Part shown: piece after piece, positions 38,200 through 51,740 of the stretch
How the letters are laid out: every line of letters begins with the position of its first letter
Numbering within the stretch: the first letter of the stretch is position 1
DNA from: Geosiphon pyriformis uo1
Taxonomy: Eukaryota; Fungi; Glomeromycota
Direction: 5' to 3'
Assembly (NCBI GenBank): GCA_016748015.1
Contig: JAAOMT010000233.1
Coordinates: 3,422-67,421, forward strand
Length of the DNA: 64,000 bases
The notes under the pieces: model-generated
Told to the model about the DNA's origin: nothing
Databases searched by the model: none
Seen by the model: the letters and a program-made list of their open reading frames with translations, nothing else
Made by a program: the position numbers and the translations under genes

Positions 38200-39426
38200 T
38201 ATGTTACCAGTGGTTTTTGTTGATATTTAGAAACATTTTTTAACTCAACTAGTAATACACATTACTATGATTATGCTACTAACTATAACATATCATGGGT
38301 GTATAGACTATTTCAATAAGTGAGAAAACAAAAAAGAGTACATAATAAAGTCATTAAAAGTAAAAGAAAATATTGTTATTATTATTTGTTTTTGGGCAAA
38401 AACCAGTCTTAGGTATTTAAAAAAAAAGAAAAGTCATATCTCTTTATATGTATCAGAAATGCAACCAACAATAGAAGTGAAACCAACTACTTTAATAAAT
38501 ACATAACCAGAATTCTTTCAATTAGTTATCAAAAGAGTGTGGTATTCAAATGTCTACTTTGAAAACAAAATTATAGAAATTATAAAAAAATCATAAAAGT
38601 AAAACATAACTAAAATAGATTTTGATTAAACTTTTTATTATTGAGATTATTCTCTAATAATGTAATATTTTATTACTTATTTTTATATTTAGCAACTTGT
38701 TTGGTGAAACAAGACTTAATATGAAATAGTGATAATACATGATTTTAAAAGATCAAAAGTAATAAAACAACTTAAAATAATGATAACAAGTATTTAGAGC
38801 ATAGAAAGAAAAAAGAAAAAAAAAAGTATAAAGAAAAAAACTAACTGCTCATTATAAAACTGTAGCAAAAAGTTGGCTCAGTATTGAACTGATACTTTCC
38901 TGAACTGACAGAAAAACTGTATATATAGCTAAATTATATTAGATCTATATACTATATTAGAACTATTTAAAATACATCAATTATTTATATATATTGAATT
39001 AATTAATTCATGATGAACTTACTCAGTTTGTTATTTATCTAAGAGCTAGTAATTTAGATAATCAGATTTAGATGGCTGAATTTAGATCATAAATCAATGA
39101 TATCAATTGTAATTATGATCAACATAATCAGAAGTAATTCAATTGATTATATTTCTTGATAACTACTTTTAACTATTGATTGCAGATCTGGAATGTTAGA
39201 TTGTTTCAATAAAAGTGTATGAGAATTTTGGAACATAATAAAGCCTGTTGTTATCAAATTACATGCATCAATTATCTATTTTTATTGGTGTTTTTTTTTT
39301 ATTTCAGTTTAATAAGTGTGGCCCAATTGCTATCTAGAAAACATATGATATATATACATTACAAAGCCAAATATGATTCATGTGCTTATAACATATGACC
39401 CACCACTTGGACCAGTTCAGACTACA

Positions 39427-42400
39427 TTACAAATTAGCCATCACTGATATCATACCCTCCATATCCAAAAAAATCTGACAATTAGTACACAGACTAGAAT
39501 ACACTCCTCTGGTTTTATCTACACTAAGCAATCTGACAATTCCAACACTCAACCTATCCCTAACATTATCCATTAAATGTAATACACTGCCATCAGCAAC
39601 TATTTAACCTGTCTTTTCTATGGACAATTGGTAGTTAGATCTCCCACACTATATCACAGATCTGTGTAATGAGATCAAGTCCCTGACAAAATTAATTATT
39701 ATTACACCAGCTGCAACAGAGCAACCAAGAGTATCCAAAGCCTCACAATACCAGCCACTCGGCATGAAGCTTTTAGCCAACATGGAATAAAACCCAATAT
39801 TATTTGCACAAAAAAATAGGTCCTATATTACCATAAAAAAAGAGACAATAATATTAGGCAGTAATAACCATCTCATGCAAAACCCAAACAAGATTTTATC
39901 ATGAGCCAATGCATCAGAAGAGCACACAAAAGAATGTTCAGATGTGTCGATCATATCACAAAACAGATACTTAACACTAGGGTAAAAATTGCAATACACA
40001 CACTTGTGGACTGCTACAGACAAATGGTCATGCAATAACTTCATAAAATATGACCTCAAAGCTGCCGACTAATGGCTCATGTAGCCAAAAGCCATGTGAC
40101 TATCAGGATGCCAGACTGTGAAAGTTCTCTTTCAATCCACTGAATTGACATTACAAGTATTGCTGATTTTGAATCCAAACTCATTCTCCTAATTTGTTCG
40201 ATATAATATTCAAAAGAAGTTTTTAATGTAGTGTCAAATATTGTAAGATAGCACCAGATCACCCAATTTTAAAAAAAACTCATCAACATAAGTAAAAAAT
40301 AAGGCATTGCACCAGCAGACATTCAAGATAATCTCATTAGTATGCTCATTTTTTAGAACATCAGAGTGGTCTTTGACTTTAAGCCATGACACAGCTAATG
40401 ACTTTTTCCTAATAAAGTTGATAATCTGTTTATGTTCTATCCATAGATTCTTTCTAAAATCTGGACAAGCCAAAAGCAATTCATCTTCACAAGCAGAAAA
40501 AGCAGCCTGGCTATCAGAGTGGATAAAAACACTGCTACCCGAAGAGACATAGGCAAGTACAAGAGCAATGGCTTTGAGTTCCACTAAAGTAAATGATATG
40601 ACACCCTGAACTTTCACACTAACATTAAGGCCAAACTTTGGGAAAAATGCAGCAGCCCCAGCAACAACAGAACAAGAACCAAAATGTTTCACAGAACCAT
40701 CTGTAAACACATCAAACAAAACCAGACCAAAATCCAAAAAAATAGTTTTAGCCTTATTAATTGTGCTGGCAATAACAGGATTCACTGAACAGTCAACAGA
40801 TATACATGACTCGACATCAACAGCTAGCAAATAAGCACTCAAAAAGCAAATGGCCAAGTCAAACCAAGCCGGAACAGGACCATGCAGATCTAACCACTTC
40901 TAATGCTTAAAGCATTTCCAATTAAAGCACTCACATTTTTTGTTTATCAGTTGATCTGTGAAAACAATTCCATAATACATCAGCAAATGGACCACCCTGA
41001 AGAATACACTGTCACCAAGAACTTCAGAAATTGGCATTCCAATGGAGTAATGAAAAGCTGTTAGCAGAGTAAAAAAGGACAGTTCACAGAATAAAAAAAT
41101 TCTCACTATCCTGGCTAAAAAATTATTTCTAAGATTGACCCACAATCTAATAAGACAGCACAATGGATGAACAGGTAATCAGCTGGCAACTTACAAATCC
41201 AAACTTTAATGAATGAAAAGCCAGCTCAAAATACCTAGAACATTCACGAAATTAATGACAGAAGATGACTTACTCTCAGACTGTACCTGGACAAATGTTT
41301 TAATGCCATAAAATGAGGAATGTGACAATGTAGTTGTAGAAAAATCATGAAAAAGACGCACCTTAATTTTTAAGCCTCTTCTAATAATAGCATCCCATCT
41401 AAAGCAAATAGCATTAAGAATGAAACTAAACTGAGTCTTGTAGCTGATAATAGGTTGTAGGACTGACAACACCAGATAGCAGAATTGTTTATCAGATATA
41501 GTTTTGCACAAGACCACACTCAAGAAGAAGTACACATTTGAATGCACTTTCAGCAAACTCAGCTTTGAAAGCTCTTCCATTGATAAAAAAATGCCCAAAT
41601 ATCAATGAGATTCATCTCTTCTGGCCACAGCAATTGGTGTGCCACTAATGGTCAAAGAAACATTTTTTACTTTTTGATTGAAAGGAATGGCAACAGTTTT
41701 CTTTGTGTTTATAGAAATATTATTGAGAGCAAAAAACTCGCTTGCAATATCCAAAATACATTGGGTGGCAGCTTAACTACTGTCCACCCAGATTGTGTTA
41801 TCCACAAAAGCCCCAGCAGCAAAGAAAAATGTTATTCTAGCCTGTAATTCTACTCTGCCTGACTTAACAACAAATTTCGAGTCAACTCTGTATTTATACA
41901 AATGTTCTTGTCTTTTGATCTTGCACAAAAGAGAATCATAAAAAATTCTCCAAAGAAGTTGGGAAAACACTTCATCTTGGTCAAGTCTATCCAACACCTT
42001 ATAACTATCAGAGAAGCCAAAATCTGTTATAACTTTGTTGATTCTGTTCAAATGAATATTCTTAAAAAACTTAATAAATCTGTTACATATTTTAATGTGT
42101 CTCAAATTAAACCTCAGATAAAACCATTCCACAGAGTTATAAGTCTTCCGCATATCTTGCAATACCAGCCAAAGTTCTCTATCCTTTTCCAAGATATCTT
42201 TTATAATTGACTCAATAACAAACACAGGCAACTGAGTTAAAGTACCTCTTAAAACTGAGAAATTGTTATCTTTGAAAACATCAAATGCACTGCAAGCCAA
42301 AAATATACAGTCAAACAAAATTTTTGACAAAATTTTACGAGCAGTTTCTATTAAAGCAATTGGCTGCATATTAGTAAGGCATTCTTTTCACTCATATGAT

Positions 42401-44113
42401 TTAGAGATCATAAAGATCCAAATATATTTCCACAAAGCTAAAACATCTTTGTGCACAAGACAAAAATTCAGCAAGTTCAAAAGACAACTTAATACCAAAT
42501 TACCACTATGCTTCTAAAGTTTGTTTGAAACACTCAAGAAGCCAACAGCTTTGTCATCTGGCAAATTTTTTACAACTGTGCATAATTCACCCAACCTGAT
42601 TTCATTTATTACACCAGAAAAAGCATTGTCAATTATATAGTCTAAAAGAGTATACTAATGGGACCACAAATTAGGCACCAATTCAAGTACTTTGTGTTTT
42701 CTAGTCTAATTAACCATGATATTATCAACTTTGGCCTTTACTTCAGCCAGTTTCAAAATTAAGTCTCCATCCAAAACCAAGTGATCAAGAACAACTTTGC
42801 AAAAGAAACACTTTAGAATACTACTGATCATATTATCTTTCCCTAAAACAAAGTTATTTATGTGTTTACTAATTGTCTTGTTTAATAGAAACACTCTTAA
42901 CCAGCTCAGATTTGACATATTTAGCCTTATGATAATGTTTTCTAGGAACTGACAATTGTTTAAAAATCTCTACAGAATTGCTACATGTTTCAAGTAAACC
43001 AAGAATTTTGGAGGATTTTGCATCATCTAAAACTGACCAAATTTTAACAAGATAGACAAATCTTAGAGAATCACTTACACTCAGAGCCCTAACTATTTTG
43101 GCAATTAACAATTTAAGCCTATAGAACCTAGAAAAATGTTTGTTCCTGAAACAGTCAAAAGTATTGTACTAATGTTTAGAAAAAATGGAGTTTGCTGACT
43201 TTGTTAACACCTTTTTCAAAATATCTCACATAGAATTCAAGTTACCAAAATCCTTAGCAGCAGTGAAGTTGTCACTCAAAAACAACATCTCAACAGCAGC
43301 ATAATTATCAAAACATTTCTATTTAGCAGCATTTGAGTCCTTAAAATTAAACTTCCAACAGTCTGTGTTTGCAAGCTTGCACAATATATTTAACTGCTTG
43401 TCTAAAAAGCCACCCAGCCCCACTGAGATTAACACAGCCAAGTGATTAATATCAAAATAATCAGAAACTCTACCAACACATCCACCAAACACAGCTGACA
43501 AGAGATGATTACTCACAAAAATAAAGTCAATAGTTTTCTTTACCCCTCTGGAATTGCACCATGTAGGAAACTTGAATATGGGACTTACTAAAAGTACATT
43601 GTGCAATTCCAGATCTAAGCATTTTTTGAAATTTGCACTATGCCCAGCTCCATCTTTATTAAAATTACTACTGAGAAGAATATAAGAGCTAGAGCTAATT
43701 GCCAATGCAATAAAAGCATTGACAGTAAAAGCCTGCTTGAATTTTATACCAGCTGAAGCATCAGCATACAGACCCAAAATCATAACAGAAGCTTTGTCAG
43801 CAAAAAGAAAACAAACAGAAATAAGGCATTCAGGAACCTCTGAAATTTTACATACATAATGAGCAAGATCATCATTTAAAACAATTACAACTTCTGACCC
43901 ACAATGTCCAAAATTCATCCTAGAGCTAAAAACTTTTAAACCAAAAAACCTATTTTTAATTCATGGCCCAGCACAACTTTTGAGCTTAGTCTCATTAAAA
44001 ACAAAAACTGAATTGCAAAAATTTTTATGTTATCTAATAGTATCGTCCTATTTAGCTAAATTGTTCAAACTCCTGACATTACATATAACAAATTTCCAGA
44101 CCAAATTACTCAT
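39427..44113 (-). pseudogene. L5 ORF2: APE endonuclease-RT-RNase H-Zn finger
   Basis: TWCN...IDFIF; QPIALIE; QDMRKTYNSV; AAGAFVDNTIW; VFTDGS...ELKA...HSDSQ; multiple stops. Confidence 0.92.
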
Positions 44114-45986
44114 TGAGAGATAATAGAAGCCGACAAACCCAAACCAGAACACAATCAATTCAACTTCTCCAAAACTAACTCAAGTAAAACTTCCAAAGCC
44201 ACCAACTTAGATTCCAATCCACCCACCTTGGTGGTTAAAACCTTAGAACTACTTGAGCTAAGATTGGCAACTGTGTCTACAACAACTAAAAAAAGAAAAA
44301 TAGAAGATGCCAATGTATTATTTAGAGCCATATCTGAATCCACAACAGAGTCCAAAGGCACCAGAACAATCAGAGATAAGGTAAATGACTTGGATGCTAA
44401 AGGCACCAATTCCACAAAACTTAGCTTCTTCATAATGGCAGCCACCTGATCCACCAAAAGCTCCAAAGACCTTTTCAAGACTGCTAAACAATCACTTAAA
44501 CCAGAGAAGACTGTAGAAGCAGAAAGAAAAATACCACCCAGACCTGAGAGTTTATAAGGAGAAAAACTAAGGCCAGATCCAAAGTGAGCACTACCAGAAA
44601 AATTAGAGAAGAAGACTACTTGGGCCCAAGATTTGCCACCAAAAACAGCAAGACAAGAGATTGGAACACATTTTTTCTCATACAATTTAGCAAGCCAAAA
44701 ACAAAATTCCTCTAAAGCACTCTTTTTGTATGATCTTTTAGATAATGGCAGCACAATTGCATCTGGTGTATTACATTCAAAAGCCGAATGTCCAAAATGT
44801 CCACACTTCTCACAACAAACCAAATTCATTCTAGCCCAAGAGAGTTTCACCCCATTGAAAATAGGCTCCATGTGAAAAGTAGATTCTAAATCATCATCAA
44901 AGATGAAACTGACCACTGCACAGCAAATCTTATTACCAGTTTTCATGAATCTGTTTATAATGCATGTTTTTTCACCAGCCCTTTCCAAAAGATTGCCCAA
45001 ATCATGAGTAGTTGTTCCCACAGATAAAGTAAACAAAAGTGCTCTGAACTGATCTCTAGATACCTAAGTTTTACAATCTTCTACTGCTTTGGCTACACAC
45101 ACAGAATTTTTACCAATTAGAAATGACTACTTTGAGGCCAATGAATCAGCTTGGTCCAATTCAGTAAACTCTACTACAGCCTTTTTCCACAATCCAATTA
45201 ATTGAATTTTGATCGACTTAATTTCCCCAAATTCAGATACTGCAGCAACAATCATATTTTTAGACATATCCATGGGAATTTTCTTAATTATCACAGCCTA
45301 ATCTGACCTCATTTCTTGTTTCTTAAGATCACTGTTTATATTGATCTCTTTTTCTTTGGCCAATGACACAGCCATTTCCATGCTCTTTTTTGAAGTGAAA
45401 GTAGATCAGATGATCTCTTTAAATTTTAAGGAGATAGTGGCCCCCCCAAAACCATTGACTGATGAAAAAATTTTTCTAATTAACTGAGTTCTTGCAGTAG
45501 CTGATTTATCTTCCACAGCTGAAAGATTAATATCCAAAGCGAATAATTTTTTAATTGACATTTTTACAGGAGTCTTGATAATTTTTGGATCAATCCACTT
45601 CTTGTCAAAAGAGATAGGCAAGCAAAGAGGAAGCACAACTTTATCATCATCCATATAAAAGTTGAGACAGCCGAGTGGAGAACTAAAAACAGCACCAGTG
45701 TTGACTTGCTTTGCCTTGGGTGTGGTAGCAGCTGAGCCCAAAAGAGACCCACTATCTATATCAGACATGTTAACATTCTTATCTTCACTAGAGAGACTTT
45801 TCATATTAGAATAAACACTATCACCAGATCCAGATCTGCTTAAGAATATATCTCTTTTATTACCAAAGTGTTTGACATTGCCAAGAACAACTTTCTTCTT
45901 CTGAGAAAAGGAACCACCAGCAGGACCATGAAAAGTGCCCTTAAGAGCCTTTTTTTAGATGTGGTGCTACTAGCAGTAGCCTTCAT
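44110..45986 (-). pseudogene. L5 ORF1 (nucleic-acid-binding; CCHC knuckle; coiled-coil tail)
   Basis: CEKCGHFGHSAFEC; homologous to ORF1 of L4 and L7. Confidence 0.85.
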
Positions 45987-47777
45987 ATCCACGAAAAATG
46001 GGTTATTATTAGGTAAAGAAATATTGATATAGACTAAAAGAAACAAAAAAACTTTTTTTGGAGATGAGAGAGAAAGACATATTGGTATTTTTTGGTTTGC
46101 TAAGATTTTTTTGTATTCAACTTAGTTAAACTGTTGGATTGTGCCATATTTCTTTGTTGTAATTGGACTAATTGCTGATCATTTATTTTCAGATTGCTGG
46201 CTGATTTTTTTGATTAAGTGTAATAATATAAGTTTTTTTTACATGATTTTGATGTTAATTTTTATTGTATGTATTGTAATTTTTGCATTAAAAAGTGTGA
46301 AAATCTTCTGGTAATATTTTCTCTATCTTTAAAAAATAAGCTCCTGTGAATTGTTAAATTTTTCATCTTCTTTAAGAAAGATCAAAGTCCTTTGAGATAT
46401 TTAAAAATCATTAAAATATTTATAGTTGTCTCTATACTGACAACAAAAGGCACTATATATTACCAGTAGTTTTTATCAATATTTAAAAACATTTTTTAGC
46501 TCAACTGGTAATACACATTACTATAATTATACTACTAACTATAGCATATTATGGGTGTATAGACTATTTTAGTAAGTGGGAAAGCAAAAAAAAGTACATG
46601 ATAAAGTCATTAAAAGTAAAAGAAAATATTGTTATTATTATTTGTTTTTGGGCAAAAACCAGTCTTAGGTATTTAAAAAAAAAGAGAAGTTATATCTCTT
46701 TATATGTATTAGAAGTACAACCAACAACAGAAGTAAAAGCAATTACTCTAATAAATACATAACCAGAATTCTTTTAATTACTCATTAAAAGAGTGTGGTA
46801 TTCAAATGCTCACTTTGAAAATAAAGTTATAGGAATTATAAAAAAATTATAAAAGTAAAACATAACTGAAATAGATTTTGATTAAACTTTTTATTGTTGA
46901 GACTATTCTTTAACAATGTAATATTTTATTACTTATTTTTATATTTAGCAACTTGTTTGGTGAAACAAAACTTAATGTAAAATAGTGATAACACATGATT
47001 TTAGAAGATCAAAAGTAATAGAACAACTTAAAATAGTGATAATAAGTATTTAGAGCATAGAAAGAGAAAAGGAAAGAAGAAAATATAAAGAAAAAAACTA
47101 ACTGCTTACTATAAAACTATAACAAAAAGTTGGCTCAGTATTGAACTGATACTTTTTTGAACTAACAGAAAAACTGTATATATAGCTAAATTATATTAGA
47201 TTTACATATTATATTAGAACTATTTAAAATACATTAATTATTTATATACATTGAATTAATCAATTCATAATAAGCTTACTTAGTCTGTTATTTATCCAAA
47301 AGCTAGTAATTTAGATGATCAGATTTAGATAGCTGAATTTAGATTATAAATCAATAATACCAATTGTAATTATAATTAACATAATCAGAAGTAGATTAAT
47401 TGATTATATTTCTTGGTAATAACTTTTAACTATTGATTGCAGATCTGAAATGTTAGATTGTTCTAATAAGAGTATATAAGAATCTTGGAGCATAACAAAG
47501 TCTGTTGTTATCAGATTACATGTGTTAATTATCTATTTCCATTGGTGTTACTTGGTTTGTCAAGATTTTTTTGTATTCAACTTAGTTAAACTGTTGGATT
47601 GTGTCATATTTCTTTATTGTAATTAGACTGATTATTAATCATTTATTTTCAGATTGCTGGCTGATTTTATTGATTAAGTGTGATGATATAAGTCTTTTTT
47701 GCATGATTTTGATGTTAATTTTTATTGTATATATTGTAATTTTTTGTATTAAAAAGTGTGAAAATCTTCCAATAATA

Positions 47778-50700
47778 GTGTAATCTAACTATTATCTAGT
47801 ATACAGAAACAAATAAGTGAATCTAACTAAATGTGGCCTATGCACTTACTACATGTAACTGGTTATTTAAACCAATTAAGGCAATACTACACACATATAT
47901 AAACTTTTGTATTATTATTAATACTTAAAAAAAATTTACATGTTTTATGCAAACCAAAACTAATAGCAAAAAACTCAATAATACCAAGTAACTAAACAAC
48001 TTCTTCAGACAAAAAATCTGATGCATTACACAAAACTGCAAAAACTAATTTAATATTATTAATCAGATTACTTCTTTTTATGTTTATCTTAAACTTAGCT
48101 CTAAATAATTACAACTTACTTTAATGTCTTTTAGCCAGACTGCAAACAAAATCAACAACTATTAATACTGCTTTTTTTCTATTTTTAAAAATCAAAGCTG
48201 CTTCATTTATCCAATTTCTAAAAACAAAATTTTTGCATAAAATTGTATAGATGCTAATATTCAAAATTCTAGAAAAAAGTGTATACAATACTACAAAAAA
48301 AAATAAAAAAGATTTATTTGCCAAAAACTTCTACAAATTCACATAACTTAGTAATATTTCAGAATGTATAGTTTTTTTTGGACTAGTAAAAATATGATTT
48401 AGCAAATTAATATTACTATATAATAAACAAAATACACTTAAGTAATTCCTATTATAAAGTTTTTTTTTTACAGCTGTTGGCAGCCTACTATAGACTATCT
48501 TTATTAAATATATACAAAAAGTAGTTAAAGCTTTGGTTGTGAATTTTGACAGTATATGAAAATTTGGATGTTATATTGCAGCAGTACTATTCCAATCTAT
48601 GTTTTTAATTAATAACTCATTAATAACACCAGCACCAAAATCAGCTTTTTATTGAGCACAACAAACAGATTAAAAAATATTCTGAACAAAATAGTAAGCA
48701 TTCTCCAAAATAACTTATCTATCAATCATAATAAACCTTTTATACACTCTTTCAGAAAAAACAAAGCCAGAATGTGCTGCTTTACACATAAGAGCATTAA
48801 CTTTGTTATTGCTAACATCCTTCAAATGACTTTTAATCTTCACTTACTTGACTAAAAGATTTTTGAATCTTATTAAGTTAACTATATAATGTCTTTTGAC
48901 TTAGTATCTGTTTTAAAAATTCAGCTAACAAAACATAAGTTCTGAAACACATACATCCAAAGCTGCTTAATTGTTTATGTGTACAATTACTAAACAAAAT
49001 AAAAAAATACACTTTAAAACCAATACAACAGCCTGAAGTTTGGCCATTATAAAAGACAGCAAACCATATATCTCAATCCTCACACCCACTCCAACATCTA
49101 AAAAATAAGCCACTGTTCTATTAACAATCTCAAAAATACCCAACTGTTTTAATAAACCATTTGTATATATATTAAAATTATCTGCTCACAAACTATGTAA
49201 ACACTTTTGGATATTTAAAAAGTTATTCAAGCAGAGAAAATTTGAGCAACTAGAAGTTGAGATTATCTTATTAAAATTAACAAAATAATCACTTATGTAA
49301 CTTACAGTCTTTTTAAATCACAATGGCACTGCATTTTTAAGATCTAGTTTTTTTTAATAGCAAAAGGTTTTCTAATCCACAACTCACCCATACTTATCCA
49401 ATAACCTGTCATCAAAAACAATACTAAAGTGCTTCAAAAAATAGACCACATTAAAATAAAAAAAATCTTTTAAGATTATTGATATTAAAAAACAACCAGA
49501 ACCACAAAATACACAGATTAAGCTGTTAACCAAAAAGATTTTGTTATTTAGAAAAATTTTTATTATATTTACCAGAAAATTATTTGTAAGATTGACTTTT
49601 AATTTAACAGAATACTGCAAAAAATTCATTGAAGCTCACTCCAAAATCTGCAAATCCAAAAGATAATGTTTAAACAACTAACCAAAAATTTTGGGCATAT
49701 TAAAAAATACAATCAGTAAGGCAACCTTGCCTTTCACTTGTAATTGCTTAAACAATTCACTTTATAAAGAAAAGAGTGATGTAAAGCTTCACTAGAGAAA
49801 TTTTTAGGTAAATTGGCCTTAAAATTTAGCTTTTTCCTTATCAAAACATCTCACTTTTGGCACAAACTTTTAAAAATAAAGCAGAACTACATCTAGTAAT
49901 TAACAATAAACTGCAAAACAGCTAAAACCAAATAAAAAAACTGCTTGTTTAACAACACTTTTTTTAAGACCAAATTCAAAAAAAACCTAATATTAGACTA
50001 TGCTTTGGCCAGACTGAATTTGAATTTGCTTTCAATTAACAAATAAATTTCTAAATACTTATAATACTTACTGTATTTGGCCACAAAAATTGGTTGACCA
50101 CAAATATGTAAAGATACAATTTCAACTTTTCAATTAATAAGAATTACCATAGTCTTGTTATTGTTAATAGAAATATTATTTATCTTAAAAAATTCATTAG
50201 CAACATCTAAAATCTGTTATGTCAAAATCTAACCATTTTCTATTCAAATTGTATTATCAACAAATACACTTACAGCAAAAAATAAATATTTGTTATCACT
50301 AACTTCCAATCTGTTTGTCTGTGCTATAAAGTTTGTATTAATTCTATATTTACACAAATATTTTTGCCTTCTGACTTTGCACAACAAAAAATCATAAAAA
50401 ATTCTTTACAAAAAAGATAAGAACACTTTGCCCTAATTTAGCTTATTTAGTATTTTGTAATCACCTAAAAAACCAAAATTAGTCATTACTTTGTTGATTT
50501 TGCCCATGTAAATATTTTCAAAAATCTTATAAACTTGTTATACATTCTGATTTGCTTTAAACTAGCAGCCAAATAATACTAACTGATTGAATTATAAGTC
50601 TTATGTATTGTTACAGATAATTATTTGGAGTATAAAAACAAATAACAAACTCATAATTTGGTGTTTAATAAGTGATATAGTTGGTGATAGTATCTGAAGA

Positions 50701-51740
50701 TTTTCATGATCTGAAAATTTTGGTTTGGGTTTTTTGTATAATGAACAGAGATTTAAGTGTTGTTTTATCTATAGCTTTCCAGAATTGTAATTCCATCAAA
50801 TTTTTTTCTTAACATAATGGCCAGTAATTTTTTTGATAAGCTATCCTCAATTCTATGAGTGTTTTACTCTTGTTTCACAGATTTTTTACCAGTCTCTTTG
50901 ATGTCAGTAACTCTACACATTAATTTTTAATTAATTAATAAAATAATAAACAAAACAAAGAAAATAAAGAGATAAGCCAAGACAAAAAAGAGTTAGTATT
51001 TTATTAATAGCTATGATCAAGAGTTATTGGTCTAGTATAGTTAAGTATTGACAATTATCAACATGAGTTGTTAATAATAAAAAAATAGATTGTAATAGTA
51101 ATAAGTATTTTATTGATATTTAATGTTTCTATTTTAAGTTATAGAATATTATTGTATAAAGGAATAGATATAAAATTGGAACTGGAGGTTCTAAACTAAA
51201 AATTCTAGCTGAAAATTCTGTCTTTTCTGCTTTTAATATTCTTGCTATATATATATAATTAATATTCTATAAAATCTTACATATTTGTAAGCAATGTGCT
51301 ATAATTTCTTGAGCAATGCTTACTTTGCTAAGCAATATGCTCTAATCTACTAATATTGCTCATATTGCTGAACAATGTACCATAATTTACTGATATTGTT
51401 TATATTGCTGAGCAATGTGCTATAATTTATTAACAATGTGCTCATGTGCTTAATACTATTCTTTTATTGGTCTATTTTTCTTATCTGTTTTTCCTATTAT
51501 TTTTTTTGTGCTTTTTTTATAAGTAACAGCATATTTTAAAGAACAAGCCAAACTTTCTGGCTTTTCTTTAATGTATTCTTTACTATCAACTAACAGCAAA
51601 CATAGGGGACTAAGTCAAAGTATTTTTTAAAACAGAAAAATTGTTACCATAAAGCATATTATACCTAATATATACCAAAAAAATGTAATCTGATAAAATT
51701 TTAAACAGAACTTTTTTGGCTGTTTTAATTAAAGCAATAT
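47778..51740 (-). mobile_element. LINE L6 (RT-RNase H-Zn finger); extreme 3' end and A-tail displaced to ~36710-36740; 5' part fades into AT desert
   Basis: VSVFVDNTI near 50260; RNase H region 48800-49170; 3'UTR motif 47780-47890. Confidence 0.85.
50609..51528 (-). mobile_element. Solo LTR related to Gypsy-2, inserted in the L6 RT DMxKAY motif; TSD GTAT/GCAT
   Basis: tgttacag...aagtaaca; GAGCAATGTGCT U3 repeats 51290-51450; LINE frame rejoins across it. Confidence 0.88.

Larger units (their letters stand above)
39291..46079 (-). mobile_element. LINE L5, full length (~6.8 kb) with poly(A) and TSD TATTGGTR
   Basis: poly(T) 39291-39300; TSD 39283-39290 / 46080-46087; 5' motif TCTTTCTCTCTCATCT. 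Confidence 0.93.
36741..47777 (-). mobile_element. Tandem array of a non-autonomous mini LTR element: LTR-I-LTR-I-LTR (1320-bp LTRs, 141-bp internals); middle LTR interrupted by LINE L5
   Basis: LTRs 36741-38060, 38202-39290+46080-46316, 46458-47777; internals 38061-38201 and 46317-46457 carry PBS TGGTG(T/C)CT and a PPT; flanks ATAT/GTGT inside the LINE L6 3'UTR. Confidence 0.88.
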
